This document shows, in pieces, positions 42,100 through 49,831 of a DNA stretch of 64,000 bases. The position numbers and the translations under genes are program-made. Under the pieces are notes generated by a model that was not told where the DNA came from, ran no database searches, and was given only the letters and a program-made list of their open reading frames with translations. Positions within the stretch are counted from its first letter, which is position 1; each line of letters opens with the position of its first letter. Source of the stretch: a virus (lineage: Duplodnaviria; Caudoviricetes); the IMG/VR virus record IMGVR_UViG_3300033166_000001, positions 26,654 through 90,653 of that record, one strand, 5' to 3'.

Positions 42100-43275
42100 A
42101 TGAGCAAAAAATTAACAAATTTAGAATTTGTAGAGAAATGTAGAAAGATACATAAAAACTTCTATGATTACTCTGAAACAATTTATACCCGTAATAGGGA
42201 TGATGTAATTATAATCTGTCCTATACACGGAAAATTTACTAAAAATGCTGCTCAACATATTAATGGAAAAGGATGTAATGAATGTAATTATAATAGTAAA
42301 CTAAAAGAGTATCTTGAAGGAAATAGAAAAAAACCTAAAAGATACAGAGTCGATAAATCAGAACAAGCTCTAAAACCCTCCAAACCTTCTTTTCAAGAAA
42401 GACTGGATAAACTTAAACTTTTTCTTAATTCTGATTTAACTTTAATAGAGGATTATAAGCCTGTAAAAAATAAGTTTAAAGTTGTAGATAGATTAGGAAT
42501 AGAGTACTTAGTTAAATATTTTGATCTATTAAAGGGAGGGCATCCTAAAATTACTTCTGCTGTAAATAAAACAAAAGCTTTTAGTATAAAATTAAAGCTT
42601 ATACACCCCACACTAACAGTCATCAGTGAATATACTACTTCTGAAAATAATATTCTAGTGAAGGACGCATTAGATATTGTTTATCTGGTCAGAGCAAATG
42701 ATTTATTACAGGGAAGTAGACCTACAATTCAGAGTGCTGTAGATAAAATAGACTGTTTTAGTAAGAAGGCTAATATAGTTCACCACAATAAATACGATTA
42801 TAGTAAAATTAATTACATAGATACTTTTACTAAAATATCTATTTTTTGTAAAGAACATAGAAGATATTTCTTACAACAGCCCTCAGCACATTTAAATGGG
42901 CAAGGATGCCCCAGATGTGTTACTACAGTAGGGTATTCCAAAAAACAATTTTTAGAGTATTGTGCTGCATATAGTAAAAATACTCCTATTTTATACATTA
43001 TAAGGTGTTTTAATGACAGTGAAGAGTTTATTAAAATAGGGATAACTGCCAAAAACACATCATTAAGATTTGCTTATCCTATACAACTTCCCTATTCTCA
43101 TGAAATAATTAAAGAAATAAAAGGCTCCCCTGATTTTGTTTGGGATAAAGAAAAAGAGTTACACGAAGCGTGTAAAAAATTTACATATTCTCCCTCAATA
43201 TTATTTGGAGGGCATACAGAATGTTTTACATTAGAATGTAAACAAATCCTTAAGAAAATTTTGAGTCCGTTCTAA
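42100..43275 (+). CDS. Free-standing homing endonuclease (DUF723-like zinc-ribbon repeats plus C-terminal GIY-YIG/T5orf172-like domain)
   Basis: Two YDYS..C..H..F.....H..G.GC..C units; LYIIRCFNDSEEFIKIGIT; antisense to its neighbours. Confidence 0.8.
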   Translation: MSKKLTNLEFVEKCRKIHKNFYDYSETIYTRNRDDVIIICPIHGKFTKNAAQHINGKGCNECNYNSKLKEYLEGNRKKPKRYRVDKSEQALKPSKPSFQERLDKLKLFLNSDLTLIEDYKPVKNKFKVVDRLGIEYLVKYFDLLKGGHPKITSAVNKTKAFSIKLKLIHPTLTVISEYTTSENNILVKDALDIVYLVRANDLLQGSRPTIQSAVDKIDCFSKKANIVHHNKYDYSKINYIDTFTKISIFCKEHRRYFLQQPSAHLNGQGCPRCVTTVGYSKKQFLEYCAAYSKNTPILYIIRCFNDSEEFIKIGITAKNTSLRFAYPIQLPYSHEIIKEIKGSPDFVWDKEKELHEACKKFTYSPSILFGGHTECFTLECKQILKKILSPF

Positions 43276-44232
43276 TCCATATTTTTCAACAAAATCAGAA
43301 ATATCCTTAATTTCTTCCTGACTATATTTTTCTTCAATGTATACATAAGGAATATTATACCTACTAGAAAACTCTTGCGCTTTAGCTATACCTGTAGCGT
43401 CATTATCATAAAACAGAATCAGCTTATTAAATCTTTTACTTTGCTTTTCAAGATACTTTTTATCTAAAAATAAGCTTTCACTAGGAGGAGCTACAGATAC
43501 ATATCCTAAAGTATATAAAACCATTACATCTTTTAAAGACTTTGTAACTATTAAAACTTCTCCTTTTTTGGGTAACATTCCTTCCCCCTGATAAGCTTTT
43601 CCTCCATTACTTAGCCATTTTATTTTTTTATGGTAGGGTTGATAAATTTTACGGAAAAATACAGAATTATCTTTCTCCCAGTAGAAATCGAAGCTGTAGG
43701 CATATTTATCTGCCTTAAACATTTTACCATTGACCCAAAAGTGTGTTATAGGAACTACAGAAAAAGCATTTAGTGTTTCCTCTGTAATATAATATCTACC
43801 ATACCAAAAACTGTAATCATGCTTTTCCCAGTTTCTTTTTTTTATCTTTATAGAAGAATTTTTCTTATCTTGAAATTTAGGAGGTACTTTTATTTTAGGT
43901 GTATCAATTCTACTAGGTTTAAATTCTAAAATATAGCCTAAACCTAATTGAAAATCTCTATTAATCTGCTGCAATGCTTCAGGATAACTAACTCCAAACT
44001 TAGCCATAACAAAGTCTATAGCTCTATAACTTTTCCCTGTTCCAAAATCTGTATACAACAGATCTCCCTTAATCTGTGCAATACAGCAAGAAGGATTATC
44101 TTCCTCCCTAAAGTCTGAAATAAAATGTTTATTTACTTCCTTAAAATTGTCACTATAATAACTGAAAATAGCATATGCTGAAACTTTTGATAATATATTC
44201 TCTTTTGTTAATTCTTCTCCAAATCCATACAT
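43231..44232 (-). CDS. DNA primase (Toprim)
   Basis: SDFREEDNPSC N-terminus, IVTKSLKDVMVL, FYDNDATG, KDISDF. Confidence 0.85.
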   Translation of the reverse strand: MYGFGEELTKENILSKVSAYAIFSYYSDNFKEVNKHFISDFREEDNPSCCIAQIKGDLLYTDFGTGKSYRAIDFVMAKFGVSYPEALQQINRDFQLGLGYILEFKPSRIDTPKIKVPPKFQDKKNSSIKIKKRNWEKHDYSFWYGRYYITEETLNAFSVVPITHFWVNGKMFKADKYAYSFDFYWEKDNSVFFRKIYQPYHKKIKWLSNGGKAYQGEGMLPKKGEVLIVTKSLKDVMVLYTLGYVSVAPPSESLFLDKKYLEKQSKRFNKLILFYDNDATGIAKAQEFSSRYNIPYVYIEEKYSQEEIKDISDFVEKYGLERTQNFLKDLFTF

Positions 44233-44249
44233 CTAATGTAATTTAAAAA

Positions 44250-44278
44250 TCCTAGTAGGACTGTTGCCCTACTAGGAT
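44250..44278 (-). terminator. Intrinsic terminator / hairpin between the SSB-like gene and primase
   Basis: ATCCTAGTAGG / CCTACTAGGAT inverted repeat followed by a T run on the minus strand. Confidence 0.6.
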
Positions 44279-44301
44279 TATATAATTAGTACCTACTACT
44301 A

Positions 44302-44913
44302 CTAAAACTGAGGTGCTTCAATTGTACCTTCAGGAATAAAATCATTTCCTGTAGGATCTGCATCTGGTTTTACATTAGCACTTACAACATTATCATATTT
44401 AGTAATCTGTAATTTAGTTTTATTAGCAGGTACCGTAATATCTTCAAATATGGGAGCATATGCTGGAAGAGTTGGGAAATCATCTTTATTAAGAATAACC
44501 TTAATCCTTAGCTCTTTATTTGCGTATTTCTCTCCAATATCCCTAATTACTACATTGCATAGACTTTTAAAATCTGTTACCCCTTGTGGCTTATAAGATT
44601 CTCCTAAAAACCTACGAGAAAGATTAGCAATAACCTTATTAAACTTTTCTACTGCTTTCTTTAAATCAGCCTCATTCTTTACATATGTTCCATCTACATT
44701 AGGCTCAAACCATCTTCTATTTGCTGTCTTACCAAATTTATCTTCAACAACTACTTCAAAATAGGCATTCTTGTCTCCTTCTGCTTCTACAAACTTTATC
44801 TCTTTAACAAATCTTCCTTCTGCAATTGCAGTTTCAGGGGTTACATCAATAAATTTACTTCCACCTACTTCTGAGGTATTCTCATCAAATCCGTAGCTTG
44901 TTGCTGTACTCAT
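44302..44913 (-). CDS. Conserved replication protein, possibly ssDNA-binding
   Basis: 203 aa with acidic C-terminal tail; between the AAA ATPase and primase. Confidence 0.5.
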   Translation of the reverse strand: MSTATSYGFDENTSEVGGSKFIDVTPETAIAEGRFVKEIKFVEAEGDKNAYFEVVVEDKFGKTANRRWFEPNVDGTYVKNEADLKKAVEKFNKVIANLSRRFLGESYKPQGVTDFKSLCNVVIRDIGEKYANKELRIKVILNKDDFPTLPAYAPIFEDITVPANKTKLQITKYDNVVSANVKPDADPTGNDFIPEGTIEAPQF

Positions 44914-44949
44914 AAAATTAATTGTTTTTATTATTATTAAATTAGTTAC

Positions 44950-44982
44950 AAAAAAGATAGTGAGGCTCCCCCACTCCTCACT
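44950..44982 (-). terminator. Intrinsic terminator ending the intergenic RNA
   Basis: AGTGAGG / CCTCACT stem, then ATCTTTTTT on the minus strand. Confidence 0.6.
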
Positions 44983-45100
44983 GTGTTAGCCTAAAGTCTT
45001 GTCTTTTAATATTACTGGTAGACCACACCTCGCCACTGGCTAAATTGTCCTCCTCCTATAAATAGGATTAACGTTGGAGGGGTTTTAAGTAATGATATTC

Positions 45101-45146
45101 GTTGTGTTCAATAAGTCAAAGATACAATCTGAAAGCAATTCACAAC
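45101..45146 (-). CRISPR. Solitary 46-nt CRISPR-like repeat of Bacteroidota type II-C form (no array, no cas genes in window)
   Basis: Minus strand GTTGTGAATTGCTTTCAGATTGTATCTTTGACTTATTGAACACAAC; terminal GTTGTG/CACAAC palindrome, length and internal sequence match type II-C repeats as I recall them. Confidence 0.75.
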
Positions 45147-45233
45147 ACTAGAATTAGGTGTACATCCTATCTAGTGCGCTCATCCTGCATATCATCAGTA
45201 TAATACTGAGAGAGGCTATGATGGCTCTATTTC

Positions 45234-45491
45234 TTAAATAACATCTTGTTCTGGAATATAAGGTCTTTGGAGAGTTTCAGTTAGTCCACTTTCTGAAGGA
45301 GTTGCTTCCTCAACTAATTCAAATCCTATAGAATACTTAGCTTTCTTAACACCTTTTAATTTAGGATTAGCCCATAAAACCTTAGCTTCTCTAGGATTAA
45401 GTTCATAATACTCATTAATCTCTTTCCTGCTCTTACCCTCTTCTAACATTGCTAGAATGTCTTTCAATACAATTTTTCTTTTTTCTTGCAT
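45234..45491 (-). CDS. Hypothetical protein
   Basis: 85 aa, possible HTH-like N-terminus. Confidence 0.6.
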   Translation of the reverse strand: MQEKRKIVLKDILAMLEEGKSRKEINEYYELNPREAKVLWANPKLKGVKKAKYSIGFELVEEATPSESGLTETLQRPYIPEQDVI

Positions 45492-45506
45492 ATTAATTAT
45501 TATTTA

Positions 45507-46154
45507 TTATTTTACAAACTCTAATATTTTCTCTAATACTAAATTACTATCATTAGGAATTTGATATATCCCCTCTCCAAATATATCTGGTGGGCATTTA
45601 GAACTAGAATTATCTAAAGCCATATCAAACCATGCTTCTACCTTTTTATCATCTGTAAGTTTTCTATCAGCATATAATACTAAAGAAAACTCTTTTTCCA
45701 CGGTACCTTCCCACGCTTTACCTTGAGTTTTAACTCTTCTTTCTTTAGCTCCTCCTTCATCTTGTATCCATTCATAATGAGCAGTAAGAAATACTTCTTT
45801 TTCTACATTTTTAACAGCTGCTAAGAACTTGGCTACCAGCTCGTTGTAATAATTCCAAATATCAAAACCTTTTTTAGTTGCTTTAGCTTCTGCTAAAAAT
45901 AAATCAAATACTGCACTTAAACTATCTATTACAATACAATCTATTTCCTTATTATCATTATAAGCTTTTAAAGCAGCAAATACACCTCCTGTAGCAAATG
46001 GTTTACCGTGATATTTAAAATTTCCTTTAAATGGTAAAGGTTTGTTCTCTACATTTATAAATCCAGTTTTTTCTCTATTCATATTTCTAAAACTATATGT
46101 TTTTCCTTTACCCGATTGACTTACCAGTAATACTTTATAATAGTCTCTACTCAT
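45507..46154 (-). CDS. AAA_24 / Sak4-like P-loop ATPase
   Basis: SQSGKGKT Walker A, IVIDSLS Walker B. Confidence 0.8.
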   Translation of the reverse strand: MSRDYYKVLLVSQSGKGKTYSFRNMNREKTGFINVENKPLPFKGNFKYHGKPFATGGVFAALKAYNDNKEIDCIVIDSLSAVFDLFLAEAKATKKGFDIWNYYNELVAKFLAAVKNVEKEVFLTAHYEWIQDEGGAKERRVKTQGKAWEGTVEKEFSLVLYADRKLTDDKKVEAWFDMALDNSSSKCPPDIFGEGIYQIPNDSNLVLEKILEFVK

Positions 46155-46183
46155 AGTTTATTTATTATCTCCATTTCCATTAA

Positions 46184-46663
46184 CTAAATATTCCTAAGAA
46201 ATTCCTCTAAAAGAGCTATATCCTCTTTCTTATCCTCAATTGATTTATTAAGCCTTTCTATTTTTTCTTTATAAGCCTCTTCTATATCTTTAATTTCTTG
46301 TTCTTGAGCCAGAATAAGATTTTTCTTAGTTTGTAACCCGTTAATAAATGCATGTACGTAAGCATCCATTTTATCAGAAGTTTCTAGTCTTTTAATATCA
46401 ACTTCAAGAAAAGCATTGGAGTAGTTTTCTTTAAGTGTATCTAGAATTGCTTCCCCATCTACTAATTTATCTGCAAGTTGTATTTCTACACTCTCAATTT
46501 CTCTTTCTTTATCTCCGATCCACCTTTTCATGTTACGAATAGTTCTCTTTAATTCAGTGTGGAGTTTGCTACCAAATCTACCAATCATACCTTCTTCATT
46601 AGAATCAATGAAAGACATTACTTTTTGTGCCCAAGAGGCATCGGTCATTTTCTTTGTTGCCAT
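46184..46663 (-). CDS. Coiled-coil protein
   Basis: 159 aa, heptad-rich. Confidence 0.6.
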   Translation of the reverse strand: MATKKMTDASWAQKVMSFIDSNEEGMIGRFGSKLHTELKRTIRNMKRWIGDKEREIESVEIQLADKLVDGEAILDTLKENYSNAFLEVDIKRLETSDKMDAYVHAFINGLQTKKNLILAQEQEIKDIEEAYKEKIERLNKSIEDKKEDIALLEEFLRNI

Positions 46664-46696
46664 AATTGTAATTTAATTTATTGGTTATTAAAATAA

Positions 46697-48637
46697 TTAA
46701 AAAATGTTAAATTGTTTTGGAACTGTTTTCTTAATTGTTACTTCTATTTCTTCTCTATCTAGTAGAGATTTAGGTTCATCATGAATACATTTATGGTATA
46801 GACCCTGTACATACTCTAATTGACAAGGAATTTCATATGGCAAAGCTTTTCTTACATTTCTTGCAGAGGTCCAGTTACTTAGATTTATTTTCCCCGGAAC
46901 ATGTACTCTAAAACTAGTACCGTTAGATTCTTTAACTACTCCTGCGTCACCAACAGTGTTAGTCGCCCCTGATAGAGTGGTCAGTACTACCCAATCACCA
47001 TCTTTATATGTTTCAGTCTTATCTTTGATCTCATCTGGTCTAGCTTTTCTTAAATCTGCTGGTCTAGTCCAGTTACCATACTCTGGTCTTCCTTCAACCC
47101 GTACTCTAAAAACTCCATTTGAAGTACTAATTTCCGTAATTACTCCTACATCTCCAATCTTATTATTACTAGAAGTAGTATTACCTGTAATTACTACATA
47201 ATCTCCTACTTTATAAGATTCTTCAGATTTAGTTACAGAGGCTATTTCTTCTGGAGTACATAGTCTACAGTATTTAGCATCAACTCCAGTACTTCTACCT
47301 TTTTCAGGTCTTAGCCAAGTAGTCTCGTATACACAAATTTCAGCTATTTGAAATATAGGAATATATCTACCATCTCCATATTCATACCTAAAATCATTTC
47401 CATCCAAGACTTCTTCAGCGTATACCCAATCTCCAACCTTAAAGGGAATTTTAGAATTAGTAGGTATTTCTTCTTTAGTAGCTCTTCTAAAGTGTTTTTC
47501 CTCATAACACCAATACCAAATACTGCCATCTTCAAATGTAACTCCTTTTGGGTCTTTATACCCAGTAATCTGAACAGTCCTGCCAATATATTTATCCATA
47601 TCAGAGCTCCAATTAATGTCACTTCCAGTGATTGTAATCCAATCACCAATTTTAAATTCTTCTTTCATGGTATTTTCTAAACTAAAATCTTTTTCATAAT
47701 ATTGACCACTATTTTGTTTTTTACCTTTAGTATCTATCCATTCTATGTGAACATATTTATCATCGTAACCTACAACTTTAGCAGAAGAACCTTTAGGAGC
47801 ATTTCTACCTATATCGTTTACTAAATATATAGTATCTCCAAGTTTAAACTTTCTTACTTTTTCAGGTACCTCTTCTTTTCCCTCTTTTAGAACATACTTC
47901 TTAAATTGTTCAAGAGTTATTTCTGTATATCCCTCTAATGTATCAGAATACGGGGAGTCATTAGTATTCTCACGATTAATCAGAAAATCATAATTTCCTT
48001 CAATATGTGAGTGGCAGCCATATTTTTTATTAAACCAATCACAAGATTCTTGTCCTGCATCTTGTCTTATACACCATTTTTCAGGTAATACAAATTCTTT
48101 AATCTTATCAGGATGTCCATCTGGAAGATATTGTTGGATTTCTGATAAGTCTGTGATAAGTTTTGGAGTATATTTGTTCAAACAAAGATATCCATTTTTA
48201 TCTTTGTTCAAACAAAGATATCCATTTTTATCTTTGTTCAAACAAAGATATCCATTTTTATCATAGAATCTACTTTCGGTATTGATACTCTCCGCCCAAA
48301 ACTCTGTGTTATTCTTAATCTCTTTAAATTTAGATATCCATTTACCTAATCTGTACCACTTTCCAACTTCAAATTTAGGGGGTTTCTTACTAACTACTTT
48401 ATCTATTAAGTCTTCAGAGTCCACTAGTATTCCTTCAGGTTCATCTCTAAATAAGGTCCATTCCCCAAAATCTTGATTATATCCTAACCAACACCATAAA
48501 TTATCTTCGGGCTTAACATAAAACTTAATAATATTCACATTTACTTTTTCATCAATTTCTCTTAGATCTTCCCCCATATCTCTAAGTTCCACACTAGACC
48601 CTACTTTACAATAATATTCTCTGTTCATTTCATACAT
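46697..48637 (-). CDS. Multi-repeat protein with tandem KOW/SH3-like modules
   Basis: Six (F/Y)(K/E)xG(D/K)xx starts; four modules end in R(R/L/K)(A/C)xxxEI. Confidence 0.7.
   Translation of the reverse strand: MYEMNREYYCKVGSSVELRDMGEDLREIDEKVNVNIIKFYVKPEDNLWCWLGYNQDFGEWTLFRDEPEGILVDSEDLIDKVVSKKPPKFEVGKWYRLGKWISKFKEIKNNTEFWAESINTESRFYDKNGYLCLNKDKNGYLCLNKDKNGYLCLNKYTPKLITDLSEIQQYLPDGHPDKIKEFVLPEKWCIRQDAGQESCDWFNKKYGCHSHIEGNYDFLINRENTNDSPYSDTLEGYTEITLEQFKKYVLKEGKEEVPEKVRKFKLGDTIYLVNDIGRNAPKGSSAKVVGYDDKYVHIEWIDTKGKKQNSGQYYEKDFSLENTMKEEFKIGDWITITGSDINWSSDMDKYIGRTVQITGYKDPKGVTFEDGSIWYWCYEEKHFRRATKEEIPTNSKIPFKVGDWVYAEEVLDGNDFRYEYGDGRYIPIFQIAEICVYETTWLRPEKGRSTGVDAKYCRLCTPEEIASVTKSEESYKVGDYVVITGNTTSSNNKIGDVGVITEISTSNGVFRVRVEGRPEYGNWTRPADLRKARPDEIKDKTETYKDGDWVVLTTLSGATNTVGDAGVVKESNGTSFRVHVPGKINLSNWTSARNVRKALPYEIPCQLEYVQGLYHKCIHDEPKSLLDREEIEVTIKKTVPKQFNIF
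48173..48262. repeat. Exact 30-bp tandem repeat x3 (DKNGYLCLNK x3)
   Basis: TTTGTTCAAACAAAGATATCCATTTTTATC at 48173, 48203 and 48233. Confidence 0.95.
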
Positions 48638-49127
48638 TGTTTAGTTTTAAATTATTCATTGTATCTATAGTTTTTAATTTCTTTGTATACTGTGTATCTG
48701 TAGCATACCCAACTTTTTTAAGAAAAGAATAATAACAATCTTCTATTAGCCTATTATGATAATCTTGCCATAAAATATAGTCTTCTACACTATCTGTCCA
48801 ATGTTGGTATTTTGCATGATTTAAATTACTCCCTAAAGATACAGTATTTCTTATTCTGGGGTGCCTCATACCAAACAAGTTATTATTTACTGTAAACACT
48901 AGAGAGGTAAAATACCCAGTTTCTAGTATAGCCTGCTTTATAATAATTTTTTGATATTTGATGCCTCTTAAAGTTAGATACTCTTTAAAGTTCTCATAGG
49001 AGAAATCTAAATGTTGTAATACTGTTATTCTTCTACTATCTTTTACCCATTCATAGGGTATATTTGGGGCCAAAATATTAAGGTGGGCTCCTAAGACAAT
49101 AAAAACTATTAAACATATTTTTTTCAT
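48630..49127 (-). CDS. Glucosaminidase (GH73-like) with N-terminal membrane anchor (start likely 49127)
   Basis: QAILETG, NNLFGM, Y.HW.DSV.DY, GYATD motifs. Confidence 0.8.
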   Translation of the reverse strand: MKKICLIVFIVLGAHLNILAPNIPYEWVKDSRRITVLQHLDFSYENFKEYLTLRGIKYQKIIIKQAILETGYFTSLVFTVNNNLFGMRHPRIRNTVSLGSNLNHAKYQHWTDSVEDYILWQDYHNRLIEDCYYSFLKKVGYATDTQYTKKLKTIDTMNNLKLNNV

Positions 49128-49143
49128 AATTAAATAGTTAGAA

Positions 49144-49413
49144 TTAATCTGCAAAGATAATATTTTTCTTTATACTATCAAAAGCATACTTCATAAGCTT
49201 AAGTTCTTGATTACCTCCTTTTATCAAGGTAATATCTTTCAACCAACCTATTTCTAAAAGTTTCCCATCTGGAAGTACTACTGAAGAATGAACTGGAGGA
49301 GAATAATTAGTTAGCCAGTACTGAATAACTTTTAAAAGAAATTCAACCTCTTCTTCTTCATTTTTAAAAGAATGTTTATCCTTTAAGGTTTTTCTAAATT
49401 CTTTCTCAGTCAT
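49144..49413 (-). CDS. Hypothetical protein
   Basis: 89 aa. Confidence 0.55.
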   Translation of the reverse strand: MTEKEFRKTLKDKHSFKNEEEEVEFLLKVIQYWLTNYSPPVHSSVVLPDGKLLEIGWLKDITLIKGGNQELKLMKYAFDSIKKNIIFAD

Positions 49414-49829
49414 TACTTTTCTTCCTGCTTTAACATCTCATCTGCAATCATATATGCATCAGATACATACATTTTTGCAATACTCTTAGTTATAGATACC
49501 TGTAATGAAGAACATAGCCCCTGCATAATTTTTGTAGCGATATAGAGCCTTTTAGAAATTCCATAAGTACCTGTATTACCATATTCTTTGGAAGGGAAAA
49601 TAGGATCTTCTCCTAATTTAATTCTTTCCTCTGGTAGGTCTGTTACATATTTACTGCATTCTAAATTCGGTTCTGCTTTAAAATAAATATTTGAAGCATC
49701 TATTTCAAATGTTTTATCTGTTAATCTAGAATGTACTATAGCTTTACCATCTTTACAGAATAAAACACTAACAGCTAGTTTTATATCTTTATGCTGTTCT
49801 ACTGGTTCTTTTAAATATCCATATGCCAT
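49413..49829 (-). CDS. Hypothetical protein (RLYIATKIMQGL..AY.IAD.ML C-terminus)
   Basis: Common phage C-terminal module. Confidence 0.6.
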   Translation of the reverse strand: MAYGYLKEPVEQHKDIKLAVSVLFCKDGKAIVHSRLTDKTFEIDASNIYFKAEPNLECSKYVTDLPEERIKLGEDPIFPSKEYGNTGTYGISKRLYIATKIMQGLCSSLQVSITKSIAKMYVSDAYMIADEMLKQEEK

Positions 49830-49831
49830 AG

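Noticed and set aside
45030-45040. Cobalamin riboswitch (GCCACTG on the plus strand)
   Set aside because: Wrong strand for the operon, and the other B12-element motifs are absent
45185-45232. Hammerhead ribozyme (GAAA ... CTGATGA on the minus strand)
   Set aside because: CTGA is sequestered in the TCAGTA/TACTGA stem, and stems I-III cannot be built around the core without mismatches at key positions
45050-45233. Full CRISPR array or tracrRNA around the solitary repeat
   Set aside because: No second repeat 30 nt up- or downstream; the sequence after the reverse-complement does not continue into a tracrRNA-like nexus that I recognise
48173-48262. CRISPR array interpretation of the 30-bp repeats
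   Set aside because: Copies are directly adjacent with no spacers and lie in frame within a gene
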